The notes under the pieces: generated by a model
What the model was told of the DNA's origin: nothing
The model's database searches: none
What the model saw: only the letters and a program-made list of their open reading frames with translations
Part shown: piece after piece, positions 1 through 12,627 of the stretch
Layout: each line of letters starts with the position of its first letter
How positions within the stretch are numbered: the first letter of the stretch is position 1
Source: Chlorokybus atmophyticus
Lineage: Eukaryota > Plantae > Mesostigma and Chlorokybus algae
NCBI GenBank assembly: GCA_009103225.1
Contig: RHPI01003369.1
Location: forward strand, 441,500 to 505,499
Direction: 5' to 3'
Length of the DNA stretch: 64,000 nt
Made by a program: the position numbers and the translations under genes

Positions 1-204
1 TACACTTGTTATGGCACGGCTACCGGTAGCTGGTGGTTGGTAAATTCACGGAGCATTGCAATAAACACAAGTGTTGGCTGCAACGCTTCATGAAAGTAGA
101 GCATGTTGTGGATCCCACGTAAAATTTTCTTCACGACAGTCTCGATGATTGACTCGTCTGAGACAGATTGCCGTCCGCGAGCGCGACAGCCAGGTTGCTG
201 GTCA

Positions 205-761
205 CTATTTCCGGCGCAGAGACAGAGAGAACCCGCAGGCCACCACGTGGCAGGCCTCGTCCCCCGGACCAGGCGGCGGCAGCGGAGGCAAAACTACAGC
301 AGGAGGAGGAGCAGGAGGAGAAGGAGGAGGGGGTGGTGGTGGTGGTGGTGGTGGAGGAGGAGCGTGCCTAGACCTACATACGGAGGGGAGAACTAGTGCG
401 GTAAACAGCACTTTGTGTACGGGGGGAGGGGAAGTGGAGAGTAGTGGGATCACAAGCAGGAGGGTGTCGAGCAGGAGGAGTAGGAGGAGAAGGGAGGAGG
501 TGGAGCGCTAGTCGCTGGTTGTGGGGCTGCGGCCGATGGGCGGCCGCCGCAGCCACCACCCACCTGCTCAACAATGACGGCCGCCTCCAGCTGCTGCTGC
601 TCCTCCAGCTCTTGCTGCAGAGACGGCGGCGGCGCAGGAGAAACTGCTAGCATTGTGCGACAGCATTCTAGGGTCAACGTGGCGGAGGCGGAGGCGGAGG
701 CGGAGGGGGAGGGAAACAGGAAGAGAACGCGGAGGACGATAAGCAGGCCAACAAGATGCAC
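205..761 (-). other. Low-complexity Pro/Ser/Ala-rich, coding-like segment (possible fragment of a hydroxyproline-rich protein gene); structure unresolved
   Basis: Minus ORFs 450-761 (hydrophobic N-terminus, SASASA) and 205-453 (poly-Pro). These could equally come from GGT/GGA/GGC triplet repeats. Confidence 0.2.
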
Positions 762-1444
762 AGTACGTAGGAGTTGAAGTGATTACCACCTCCGTGAATA
801 AAACTAGTAGTATCAGCAGCATCTCATCATCATCGGCATGAGTAGCATCAACATTACACAACAATCCAAGCTTTAACCGCTTGTAACCCACGTCAGTGAA
901 GCTAGTGACCTTTGGTTGTGTAGAACAACACCAGTCATAGTTTGAAAGAACACTAGTGTAAGGGTAAGGCCGAGTGATGGCGTGCGACAAAGCGTCAGCA
1001 AGTGCTTGCATTTAGGGTTCTTCCCGTCCTGCTTGCAAGAGCCAACTTCAGTTTTCAGTGCGTGCAATCAGCTGTCGCAGCAGCATCGAGTCCAGTTTCA
1101 TGCTGGCTGGGCGGGAGTGCTGTTCCCTCTGTGCAGGCACGCAGGTGCCGTGCGTGTGCCATTCAGACACAGCATTGACGTGCGTATGTTGGCGAATGTA
1201 TTTGCTCACGTATATGTCTCAATGAGTTGCGTTTGATGTACGCAAATGCATCCGTAGCAGCACAAAGTATCACAGCAGAAAGTACTACTGCTGGACGGGG
1301 GGNGGTGTTGTTAGATACGATGAGAGCCCATATATACACACACGCACACAATAGGAACACATACACGCAAGCAAGCACGCACGCATGCGCGCACGTGCAC
1401 GCAGTGGATTTGTTTGCTGCACAACTTTTGCTTTGTTGGTGCAG

Positions 1445-3526
1445 AGTACAGGCTGGTGGCGAAGAAGGGCGAGGGTACCTTCAGCGAAGTGCTCAAGGCT
1501 CAGTGCGTCAAGAACGGCAAGTACGTCGCCATCAAGTGCATGAAGAACCACTTCGATTCCCTCGACCAGGCAAGCAAAGCAAGAAAAAGTCAAGTGTGAA
1601 GCTAGGTGCACGTCAGAGAGACTCAGTGAGAGTCTCTCACTGTGAGAGACTCTCACTAGGTCATGTGCGAAAGACTCATTTGCCCCTCATGCAGGTGAAC
1701 AACTTGAGGGAGATACAGGCGCTGAGGAGGTTGTCCCCCCACGCCAATGTGGTGAAGCTTCTTGAGGTGTTGTATGATCAGCCGACGGGGAGGCTGGCGT
1801 TGGTGTTTGAGCTGATGGACATGAACGCGTATGAGTTGATACGGGGCCGGAGGCACGGCATTGGTGTTGACCGCGTGCGCGCGTACATGTACCAGCTCAT
1901 GAAGGCCATGGACCACATGCACCGCCACGGCGTCTTCCACCGCGACATCAAGCCTGAGAACATACTCATCACCGACGAGTGTCTCAAGCTCGCTGATTTT
2001 GGATCCTGTCGAGGCATCTACTCCCGCCAGCCCTACACAGAATACATCTCCACAAGGTATGTGTATTCATGCGTATGAGTGCGTGTGCCTGGGCGTGTGC
2101 ATGCGCGTATGCATCGGCATATGCGCATGCACGCATGTGCACGTGCGCAATCAGTGTGTGCGCGTCCGCAATTGGGCACGTGCACGAGCGTACCTGCAGC
2201 CCACATGCACACCCTTGTGTCTGCGTGGGCCTATGATTGAGCGCATTTGTGTCAGACAACCATTACCATCTGACTCTAAATGGTGTCAACAGGTGGTATA
2301 GGGCGCCGGAGTGTTTGTTGACAGACGGGTACTACAACTACAAGATGGACATGTGGGGTGTGGGTTGCGTGTTCTTCGAGATAGTGAGCCTGTTCCCTCT
2401 TTTCCCGGGCGCGAACGAGCTGGACCAGATTCAGAAGATCCACGCTGTGCTAGGGACACCCCCTCCAGAGCTCCTTTCCAAGATGAAGAGGAGGTCCTCA
2501 TCCCACATAGACCTCAACTTCCCTCCTAAAGAAGGCACTGGCATCGAGAAGCTCATTCCCCACGCAGACCCCGAGTGCGTGCAACTCATAGCCAAGCTCC
2601 TCGCTTACAACCCCGACGAGAGGCTATCTGCAAGACAGGCCCTCAGACACCCTTACTTCAGGGAGCTGAGAGACATTGAGAAGAGGAACAGCAGCGTGAC
2701 GTGTCGTACTCCCGAGTCTATTGCATCGTCTTCTCTCACGGCTGAAACACCACTCAAAGACTCGCAGCTTTTACCCACTATCGGCCCGTACAAGCACGCG
2801 CGCGTGAACAATAACAACAATGTGGATATCGATGATGCGGCGTCGGACGTCACGCACGGGTCATCCATGGTGTTCAACGATGATGTTGGTGGTGGCCACG
2901 CGGGCAATGTTGATGACAGCGCCAGCGATGTTGGTGGCGGGGGAGGCGGGTTTGGACTCCCTCCCATCAACAACTCTGTAAATTTGTCTCAACTCAAAGA
3001 CAAGATGCACGGGACGGGGCGCAAATACACCAACAGCACTAGCAACAACGCCACCGCCCAACGCCACGCCGCGTATGCCTCCCATCACAAGCCGGGAGGA
3101 GGCAACAGCACCACCAACAATAACAACAACAATACAAGTATAAATAGCCACAAGGGGAGTAACGCCAAAGCCAGTCACAACAACAGCAAAGGGAGGGACA
3201 AAGACAGGGGAGGAGGAGGGGACTGGGCAGCAGGGGAGAGCACGCACGAGAAAGACGCCTACGGGAACCAACGCAAGAAGACCACCGCAAAGTAAATGCT
3301 GATCGATGTGCTACTGCCACTTGTGTGTGCGTGTGCACGTACAACGTTTTTTGCTGGTTTGTAGGAAGGTTACGTGATTACTCATGTGGCATTATATCTT
3401 TACTGCAGGATGCTTGCTGCATCGGAGACGGGAGGTGGTGGTGGAGGTGGAGGTGGGCGATCGCGTTACGTTAGCCCCTACTCACAGCACTATATTGCGT
3501 CACAGCGCGGCGTAGGCGTAACGTGA
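1445..3526 (+). CDS. LF4: MOK/LF4-like CMGC (MAK-related) Ser/Thr kinase, flagellar length regulator family; first short exon not resolved
   Basis: Exons 1445-1569, 1695-2056, 2293-3291, 3409-3526 join in frame: YRLVAKKGEGTFSEVLK, VAIK, HRDIKPEN, DFG, PYTEYISTRWYRAPE, then an Asn/Gly-rich tail ending RYVSPYSQHYIASQRGVGVT*. The N-terminus matches my recollection of Chlamydomonas LF4. Intron 1570-1694 is GC-AG. Confidence 0.88.
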
Positions 3527-3547
3527 TCGCAGTGGTGGTGGGTGGGT

Positions 3548-3578
<31 letters not shown>

Positions 3579-3783
3579 NNNNNNNNNNNNNNNNNNNNNN
3601 NNNNNNNNNNNNNNNNNNNNNNNNNNNNNNNNNNNNNNNNNNNNNNNNNNNNNNNNNNNNNNNNNNNNNNNNNNNNNNNNNNNNNNNNNNNNNNNNNNNN
3701 NNNNNNNNNNNNNNNNNNNNNNNNNNNNNNNNNNNNNNNNNNNNNNNNNNNNNNNNNNNNNNNNNNNNNNNNNNNNNNNNNNN
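3579..3783. other. Assembly gap flanked by poly-G
   Basis: Run of N preceded by about 30 G. Confidence 0.98.
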
Positions 3784-4649
3784 GGGGGTGATTGGGATGG
3801 CACTAAGGTTGTGATGTGTGGCCTGCTTATAACGTGTCAGATAACGTGGTCACAGGTTGGCAGCTTTTTGGCAAGCATGTGTGGCGTGCTCGTGGCCGTA
3901 GCCATGTGCGAGGCAAGACATGTTTGTGGTCATTTTCTGTAAACATGCATACGAAGCACATGGAGGGCCACATGTGTGAACAAGATACAATGCTGCACGT
4001 ACAGACTGACGAATGACGCTGCACACTTGCGTAGATTGATGCATGCATTGAGTTGCAACTTGCATTACGCATGCATGTCCAAATGAAGCCTGCACGTGGC
4101 AGCTATATCATAACTGTTACACATTGAGGAGGAGAAATGAATGGTGTTATGTGGCTACTGATATAAGAGATCGGCTATGGCAAGAAAAATGCAAAGATGA
4201 TATACTGTCATTTCGCAATGGCTTAATGTTCTGCCATACCATAATTATTTATTCGAAGTGCCCCCGTAATTACAGTTACGCCCCTGGATTATAAGGGGGG
4301 CACACTGTTAAGCTGTATTATGCGCCCTTCTCGTATATCGTGCCCTTCTACTATAGGGTTACGCATGAAATGCAGCAAGTTACACTTGAGTTACGGTTGT
4401 GTTACATAATGTTTCGCTTTAAAGTATGATACAATACAAGTCAGTCAGACGGTTCGTTAGCGTAATCGTAATTTAATACAACGTTTTCTTTCAATCAGAG
4501 TGCCCCGCGGAATACAATTACCCCCCCATAAATTTGGGGGGGGCACCATGTTCAAAGAGGGGCTCTGTAAACAGGTGAATACGGTAAGTTGCATCTGTTT
4601 TTGTGAACCCAATAGAGTTGGTGGTGGGGGGCTTGGGGTCTACCGTATT

Positions 4650-5145
4650 GTGTCACCTGTATCAGCATGGATATGTAAGCGTTGCTTTCAGTGCCGCCAC
4701 CATGCCTAACTGCCACTCGCTCAACTGATCACAACCACTTTAACCCTCGACGCACACTATGTCATGCTATGAGAGCGCAGCATCTGCCTCAGTAGTCGGA
4801 GAGCCTCGAGCCACAAGCCCCCATTCTGATATCGCGGCCACCGCCGCTCCCCGCTCAAAGATTGCCATCGCCTGTGCCCGCTGCAAGGCGCACGCCACGC
4901 GGTGGCGGCTGATGCGGATGAAGCCCTCCAGGCGCCGTGGCTCCGCGCATTGTGTCGATGTGGCATGCGCGCAAACGCAGTACGTGGTTGAAGTCCTCGC
5001 CCAGCGTCCCATATGTTTTCATCGCGAGCGGGTGGAAGGTGTTTCCCGGAAAGTGGTCGTAATACTTGCGATGCTTAGCCGTTTTTGCCACAAGCACAAC
5101 TGTACCGGCTCAATCCCCACAAGCCGTGACGGTGACGTCCAGGTG
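4650..5145 (-). mobile_element. 5'-truncated non-LTR retrotransposon fragment with restriction-like endonuclease (RLE) C-terminus (CRE/Zepp-like), flanked by a 15-bp TSD
   Basis: Minus translation LDVTVT...AKTAKHRKYYDHFPGNTFHPLAMKTYGTLG...FIRISRHRVACALQRAQAMAIFERG resembles RLE C-termini. Identical GGGGTCTACCGTATT at 4635-4649 and 5146-5160. Confidence 0.6.
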
Positions 5146-5151
5146 GGGGTC

Positions 5152-5266
5152 TACCGTATTTGCCCGGATAGAAGCCCCCCGTTTTTTACAGAGCCCCCAA
5201 CTCAAAGCAATGCACTCTAGTTATGGGGGCTTGTATTTGGGGGCCTTATATCCAGTAAAAATTGCG
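5152..5266. mobile_element. Short MITE-like element with imperfect TIRs beginning TACCGTATT
   Basis: Left end TACCGTATTTGCCCGGATAGAAGCCCCC is an imperfect inverted repeat of right end GGGGGCCTTATATCCAGTAAAAATTGCG. Related ends at ~4555-4590 and 48132-48208. Confidence 0.35.
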
Positions 5267-5708
5267 CACTCATTCATGGTCATGGAAACACATTAGATAA
5301 AATTATCATTATCAGCCCAATTTATGCCCTCTTTTTATAATGTGATTATTCTTTGAATACACTGACAGAGTCAATACGCCACAAGTTTGCTCCCCTTTGA
5401 TGATCAATCAACTGCTTTCATTTGCCAAACACGATGCAAGGTACATCTAAAGCACTATATGGATGTGTACAAGTAGTTCCAAGAATGCTTACATAAGAGG
5501 CGTGCATGCGCCAACTGGTGGCTGCCGTTGGATGAACCGTTCATCTGCAAGTGGCGGATCGGACGATCGAAAGGCTGCGGGCGCGCGCACAGGGCGGCGG
5601 AGCAAACCCTAATCTGCCCTCTTTCTGCCTGCTGGTGGCGGCGGCAGCGGCGGGCAGCGGCGTCGGGTGGGAGCTGGTGGTGGTGGCTGGCGCCTGCTGC
5701 CCGTCACC

Positions 5709-7441
5709 ATGGCGCTCTCTCAGAAGGAAGCCGACATCCAGATGATGCTTGCCGCGCAGTGCCATCTGGGCACCAAGAACTGCGATTTCCAGATGGAGCG
5801 CTATGTCTGGCGCCGCAGGCCTGACGGTACGTGCTTGTCGCTAGACTGTTGTTCATATTTGCGATGCATTCGGTTCAGCATGTTGGGTGCTGTTGTTAGC
5901 AGCAAGTTGCGTAGCCACAGTGCTGGCATCATCGTTTGTGTCCACGTGCGCAGCCCAAAACAATTGTTCTTGAGCAGTTGCGGGTATTGTGAATTATCAC
6001 AGGCATACTTGCGAAAATCATGGCTCGTATGCACATCTGTCCTGAATGGGTCATATGTTCCTTGCTGTTTGTTAGTTGTGAGTGGCGCAGTTGCTGGAGA
6101 ATCTTTTCATTGGTACATGTTGTGACCATCATGCTCGTCTTGAGTGACTTGCAAGCATGTCGACCAGTATTTGTGTAGCTGTGCAGTAGTAGTTAGCAGC
6201 GGTTTACAGGAATCTGGTTGCAGCTCTCATCGTTAGAAGTATCGTGCGCTGAAATACTTCTGCTGACAGGCATCTACATTATCAACCTGTCCAAGACGTG
6301 GGACAAACTGCAGATGGCTGCGCGTGTTATTGTGGCGATTGAGAACCCTGCCGACATTTGCGTGCAGAGCGCCCGCCCGTATGGTCAACGCGCTGTGCTC
6401 AAGTTTTCACAGTACACTGGAGCTAGCGCTCTTGCCGGTCGCCACACACCCGGTACATTCACCAACCAGATTCAGGAACGCTTTATGGAGCCCCGGTTGC
6501 TTTTGCTGACCGATCCTCGTACTGATCACCAGGTGTGTTCAATGGCTGTGGCATCTGCAGCAGACAGTACTTTTGCTTAGGCAACTGCATCAGCTGTGCA
6601 TGCGGGATCTGTCGTCACAATTTGTCACCCATCAACCGCAGTCACTGCATCACCTTGCGTGAATTTGTTGGTGTGTTGGACTATGTGAACTGCCACATAT
6701 TGTCGTGAAGAGGAGCTTTTTGATGTCCGATTCGCGTTGTGCAAAGTCTGATTGGTGTGTGTGCAAAAATTAGCAACTGCAGCTGCGTTGATTACACACA
6801 TTGGTCCGAATGTGCTGACTTTCCTGCGTGCAGCCCATTGCTGAGGCGTCCTTGGCCAACATCCCCACCATCGCGTTCTGCGACACTGACTCCCCGCTGA
6901 AGCATGTTGATATCGCTATCCCTGCCAACAACAAGGGCAAGCACCAGATTGGTTGCCTGTACTGGCTTCTTGCGCGCATGGTCTTGCAAATGAGGGGCAC
7001 TGTGAACGCTGCATCCCCATGGGATGTCATGGTGAGTGCTGAAGCATAGCAACCATGCTCAGCAGGCATGTACGGTACAGTTGCTGACTTACATGCTGGT
7101 AGGTGGATCTCTTCTTCTACCGCGAGCCCGACGAAACCAAGGATCAGGAAGAGGAGGGTGGCGAGTTTGGTGGCGAGTTTGCACCACAGGCGGCTATCGC
7201 AGCCCCGCCCACTGGGCTTACCGCCGAGCCTTGGGATGAGGGTCAGCAGTTCGAGGGCGCTCCTGCACCCGGCGAGGCCCCTACCTCTCTTGCTCAGTGG
7301 ACAGAGGCTCCCGGCCCCGTTGCAGGTGGCTGGGACCCGGCTGCGGCGCCAGCGCCAATGTGGACCGGGGCTGCTGTCCCTGCTGGCTGGGAGCAGAGCA
7401 CTGTGCCGCCGCCGCCCACCTCTGCAGGATGGGATGCGTAA
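5709..7441 (+). CDS. RPSA: 40S ribosomal protein SA (uS2/p40)
   Basis: GT-AG exons 5709-5826, 6270-6532, 6834-7031, 7103-7441: [68 protein letters not shown], then an acidic Trp-containing tail. Confidence 0.97.
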
Positions 7442-8354
7442 AACAACTGCGGCCTTATGCCCGACAGTTAGCCCGCTTAGTGCATGTACACGATGTCATT
7501 GGAATATTGAGCTCCACGCTTGGTGGTGTTACCGCGTCTATTTGGGGTGTGTGCGAGCAGTGTTGGCCATGAAGCGAATCTGTGCATGTTCTTCGCTGCT
7601 CGTTATGCAGTACATTGTGCGCAATGTCCTGAACGTACAATACACTTGAGCTCTCTGATACATGTTTTACAGCAGTCGCCTGCTGTTTGCTGTAGCAGCT
7701 TGTACAGTGGCTGGAGCCGCATACCCACGCAAGTGGCTCTCCATCCATCTTGCTGCCTGTGGATTGCCACAGGCATTGTTGATAGCACTGTGCGGGGTGG
7801 CTGGGAATCGTTTTGGGCAATCCGAGCCTAGGTAGCATAGGCAAAGACCAAGGCACATTAAGTATAGCATGTGCATTCGGCAAGGAAGGTATGTTGATTT
7901 GGCTGTGCATTTGTCAGTGGATTGCAGGCTGTCAGCCTGCAGACGGTGCTAGCACATGGCAGTCTGCTTCGTTGTCATACCCTGGGGGAGCTGACACAAC
8001 CGGCTGCACTGCAGTAGCTTCAGCGTCGTCGCATGCATGTGCTGCTGCTGCTGCATCTTTACATATATTCATTGTGCCTAAAGGCTCTGCTCACCTCTAC
8101 CTTGCTGCTTGTCCTTGTGCTGCTGTGCTGCTGTGTGTGCGTTTTTGAGTGTGCTTGAGTACGCTTGCATCAGCCATACTTGGTCAGCCTACACATGCAT
8201 TATGCTGTCTGTATCTGTGCGAGTTGTTTGTGTACACACAACTCACCAAGCACAACCCTTCTCACATGATGCAGCTAGCATGGTCGCTATCCATATACGC
8301 AAGTGCATCCCCCTCTAGGGGTAGGGGTAGGGGGGGGGGGGGGGGGGGGGGGGG

Positions 8355-8568
8355 NNNNNNNNNNNNNNNNNNNNNNNNNNNNNNNNNNNNNNNNNNNNNN
8401 NNNNNNNNNNNNNNNNNNNNNNNNNNNNNNNNNNNNNNNNNNNNNNNNNNNNNNNNNNNNNNNNNNNNNNNNNNNNNNNNNNNNNNNNNNNNNNNNNNNN
8501 NNNNNNNNNNNNNNNNNNNNNNNNNNNNNNNNNNNNNNNNNNNNNNNNNNNNNNNNNNNNNNNNNNNN
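8355..8568. other. Assembly gap flanked by poly-G
   Basis: Run of N preceded by (GGGGTA)2 and a G-run. Confidence 0.98.
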
Positions 8569-8574
8569 GGGGCG

Positions 8575-8665
8575 CCATTGGTCCTTAGCCTGGCACCGCC
8601 ATCACCGCCGCGTCTGGCTCTCATTGCCATTGCCTACGCGCGCTGCAAGGTGCATGCCACAAATT
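8575..8665 (-). mobile_element. Small fragment of the same RLE non-LTR family as 4650-5145
   Basis: CATTGCCATTGCCTACGCGCGCTGCAAGGTGCATGCCAC aligns with GATTGCCATCGCCTGTGCCCGCTGCAAGGCGCACGCCAC at ~4860-4898. Confidence 0.4.
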
Positions 8666-10239
8666 GACGCTACTGCAATCTCGTCGCCACCGTCTATGAA
8701 TCAGTCACTACCAAACCCACTGCCGCTGCTTGCACCGTGCAAGCAATTGCACAAGTGCATTGGGCCCCTAGCTAGCCCTATGATGGATACAGTTATATAT
8801 ACTTTGCCAATTGCTTGCGGGCCTGGTTTTGATGTGTGAATACATAAGTAAAGATCTTGCTATCGTTGTTGGGTATGACTAGCAATGCAATGACAACCAA
8901 CAACCGCTAAGCACAGCCAAGCAAACCTTGTGAAGGTCAGCATAAGTCAGCATAAAGGCAGCACAATTGACATAAGCACCGTGCAGTATTGCTGAGTCAA
9001 CAACGCTTCAAGCAAAACTCAAAGTAGTGATGCGCTGGCCCCCTCAACGCATCAGATGCAATAGCATCAACGAGAACTTCCGGCTCACCTACACATGTGC
9101 CACACCAAGCAAGTTGTCGTGGGGCAAATGAACATGTTAGCCGCTTTTAATATACTTTTAATCCTCATCAAGGTTTCCTGCCTCGCAACGATTGGTTGCA
9201 TTTGAAAACATGATCCATGGAATGCCACGAGTGCTTGCACTTATATGGATGGGGGGCGTGGAATGGAACACTCCATGCGCTTTGCATGCTGATGAAAAAC
9301 CCGGTTTGTCATCAGCATGCAGAACGCATGAAGCCTTGTAACTGCAACATACATGAGGGCACTTGTGTGCGGCTGCTTACCGGTATGTCAAACAGGCGCT
9401 CATGGTTGCATCGTGCAACTTCCACGGTAACTGAGCTGACTTGCAATACCACAACACATTGATGGTAAACTTGTGCTTCATCAGCAAATGTCACAGTTGT
9501 CTTTCAATATGGCCCTCGTCTACATCCTTAACCCAACACATTTGTTGTTTGCACAACGTCGTGCTTGTACGTGTGCACAAGCTGGCAACGCACACGCGAT
9601 GAACGGCATGCTCCCTACTTACAGTGTTTGTAGTAGATTTGTTAACGGGTGAGAGATCATTGCCATAGATGCGCAGATGTAGAACAGCGGCTTGAATATA
9701 TGCTAGCTCATTTATACTTCCAATTCCAGCAACAGGTGAATGGGAATTTACTACTACATGTAGTATTATGCACATGCTGCATTGGCACAAGTAAATATGG
9801 CAGCAAGTAGCAAGTAGCACATAGACACAGAAAACATATATTGCATAGCGTGCTGTTGTGGTAGTATTGTGCTGCTAACTCTCCTACAATTGCCATACGC
9901 CTCTGTTTGCTTATCACGCACTAAACAATGTAGACTGCATAGACGGAATGTTGGCTGTTTAACCATCAAAGGAAAACATGTCTGTATACTTAGCACAATA
10001 TTTGTATATGTAAAAGGCAGAACTTGCGCATGCCACCTTTGCCCCGCGCCTTTACATCACAGACCACTGCATACAACAGTTGAAACAGATGAAGTCAATC
10101 GACCTGCTTGTGTTGCAGAACATTGACATTTGTTACACGACTGTCTAACGCTCGTCTAATGCTACTGTGTGCAAGTGCTCTAGAAGATGCTGTACAGTGT
10201 GACAACTACGCCTACGCAGTGCCTGTCTCATGAGTCGTC

Positions 10240-10859
10240 CTAGTAGCCAAGCTTCTCCTTGACAGTGTCCACGGCGCTGTTGACGGTGTCGGTGACCTTC
10301 TCAACCAGTGTCTGCATCGCAGGAAAAGCCAGTAGCGCACATTGATTGACTCGTAACTCGCAGCATCCACATATGCAGGTGTGCACAACGTAAGCAGGAA
10401 GTCACAAAAACACGTCCCATACCGGCTGTGGCGCCATCTCATCAGACTTCTGGTTCAGCTTGTCACCGGCCTGGTTCAGCTTATTGCCAGCCGCCTGCGT
10501 GGTGTCAGAGGCAGCGCGCTGGGTGTGTTCCTTGGCGTCCTGGGCCTTGTCGCGGGCGTTGTCAGCAGCATTCGACATCGCTGCCTTGGCATCCTCCTGA
10601 GTATCAACAACAGTGCAGTCGGTTAATCAGCACTACCTCGTGTCACTGCGGGTCTAATGTAATATGCTCACAACCAAATGATACTGCACACGCACAGACG
10701 CCCACGCACGCCTAGGCAGAACACACATACACACTTCGAACTTGTCTACCTACACACAACTGCATGCACACGCACCTTCTTGTTGTGGGCATAGTCGCCC
10801 ATGGTCTGGAAGGTCTCGCTGGTCTTGTTCTTCACGTCCTGGCCGTCGGTGGAAGCCAT
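10240..10859 (-). CDS. LEA-like hydrophilin, paralogue A (109 aa)
   Basis: Exons 10776-10859, 10423-10596, 10240-10311 with GT-AG junctions. MASTDGQDVKNKTSETFQTMGDYAHNKKEDAKAAMSNAADNARDKAQDAKEHTQR...AGNKLNQAGDKLNQKSDEMAPQPTLVEKVTDTVNSAVDTVKEKLGY; rich in A/K/D/T/Q, no Cys or Trp. Confidence 0.8.
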
Positions 10860-10997
10860 CGCCGCTGGGAGAGAGATGAAAGCTAGAAACTGAGCTTGAA
10901 AAACGCGTAACTGAAACCCAAGAGCTATCCACAAGAGGCGGTTTGAAGGCTGAACGCTGCAATCAGACTGCTTTGACGCTTGGAGCGCAGCAGGCTG

Positions 10998-11112
10998 TTT
11001 ATATATCAGCCGCTGGGCCGCGCTGCCTTTGCGCGTTTGCGTGGCAAATCAGCAGGATAACGCTCGTATCTGAGATAAGACGTGGCACGGAGATTCCGCG
11101 CGATACGATGTG
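10998..11112 (-). promoter_or_regulatory. LEA-A promoter: TATA box (10998-11005), ACGTGGC ABRE/G-box-like motif (11080-11086), conserved GCGATACGATGTG (11100-11112)
   Basis: TATATAAA on the minus strand. The motifs are conserved at equivalent positions upstream of paralogues B and C. Confidence 0.5.
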
Positions 11113-11223
11113 CCGCGCAGTGTCAAGATTCATGACATTTGTAAGGGAGAAGCGCCGGTATTGTGACATTCATGGTTGCCGGGTTATAACTTTTGCTACA
11201 GGGTGAATTTTACGATGCGGTCG

Positions 11224-11310
11224 ACAGCATGTTGTAGATCGCGTTGAGTGGGTCAAAGGTAATATTCAACCACTTATGATAACTACTCAACGCGATCTAC
11301 AACATGCTGT
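11224..11310. repeat. Perfect 26-bp inverted repeat with 35-nt spacer
   Basis: ACAGCATGTTGTAGATCGCGTTGAGT (11224-11249) and its reverse complement (11285-11310). Confidence 0.9.
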
Positions 11311-12512
11311 TGGTCAAAATTCACAATCGACCACAGTTTTGATAACAAGTGGTGCCTGCAATAACTGTTGTGCAAGGTACTCGGTCACGTCCTTTGGTTA
11401 AGCAGGGCAACTGTATTGTGCGACACAGCTAATAACTTTGGCTCTACACTGAATCTGAAGCCTGTGTCAGTGCAGAAGTTGTTTATCTAGATAAGGGGAA
11501 TGTAGTTACGTTTGGTTAACCTGGTCTCATACTCACGCAAACAGTATACATGATTTACGATATCTTGATTAAGCTGATGATTCTTAATAATAGGTAAGTC
11601 ACTGCACATAGCGAATATAACTATGTTGTCAAAGTGAAAGTTGTAGTGCTCGATGAGAGGATTTCAAAAAGCCTAAACTTGATAAGCTCATCAACAACTA
11701 CGGCTAAAAGACCGACTGGCACAAAACAGGGTGCTGCCACATAATGTGCGCTTCTCCCTTAAGGATCTGTGGATTTTCTGTTTCATGCAGCCGTCATGCA
11801 GAGACTGGCAACCGCGAATTGCTGAGTTCGCCTGATATATGTCACTGATCCAAATCAGACACAATAAAAATGTTGATATCGCTATCGGTGGTACAGTCTA
11901 CCCTCAATGTGGTGACCACATTCGTCTGGAGGCATTTAGTCAATGCACAGAGGTGTGGTTCAATTGATGTAATGACGGACACATGTCACTATAACGCATT
12001 TATGCTAAATATTGATCATCTGTTATTGCAAAATCAATGTTACCATCTACGCCACACGCTATTAACAAAGCGACTTGTAAATATGCAGAATGATACTTGT
12101 GTTTTGCATGCAACGTTGCTGGTTTACAGTAGACAATGAGTGATATGTCTACAATTTGAGCGTTTGCGATACACGTGTGGCCAAATTAGCAACGAACGCG
12201 TACGCAACGCCATAACCTCGGACTTTGAGTCCAAGTGAACTGGAGTTCATTTTTGTGACTATCACGCCTAACAGGCAAGGCATGCTCACTCTCAGGCTGC
12301 TGTTGACAGCATGATGGTATAGGTGTTCAACTGCTTGGGTGTTGGGAGTATCTAAGTGGTTCGCTGATACAGTCAGTCCTTGTGCTCAGGAGCCCTGGGC
12401 AAGATGAATTTTACAAGGCACTTATAACCAGCTTGCACAGAGTTGATCAGTGTACATGCCATCAGCTGGTTGCTGATGCGACATGTGTCACATAAGTGTA
12501 TTGTGTGTGATA

Positions 12513-12627
12513 CAGTAGTAGTTAATAAGCATGGCTGAAGTGACATGTATCACATGTTAGCATATGCCAGTGGCATATGCTAACATGTGATACATGTCAC
12601 TTCAACCATGCTCATTAACTACTACTG
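12513..12627. repeat. 115-bp near-perfect palindrome (57-bp arms, 1-nt loop, 2 mismatches)
   Basis: Arms 12513-12569 and 12571-12627. The central 20 nt recur at 12628-12647. Confidence 0.92.

Noticed and set aside
3471-3942. Poly-Gly, poly-Pro and X-rich ORFs across gaps (also 8149-8839, 47704-48282)
   Set aside because: Artefacts of N runs and flanking G or C homopolymers.
8320-8354. (GGGGTA)2 plus G-run as a telomere variant or retroelement tail
   Set aside because: Only two units next to a gap; poly-G beside gaps is commonly a sequencing artefact.
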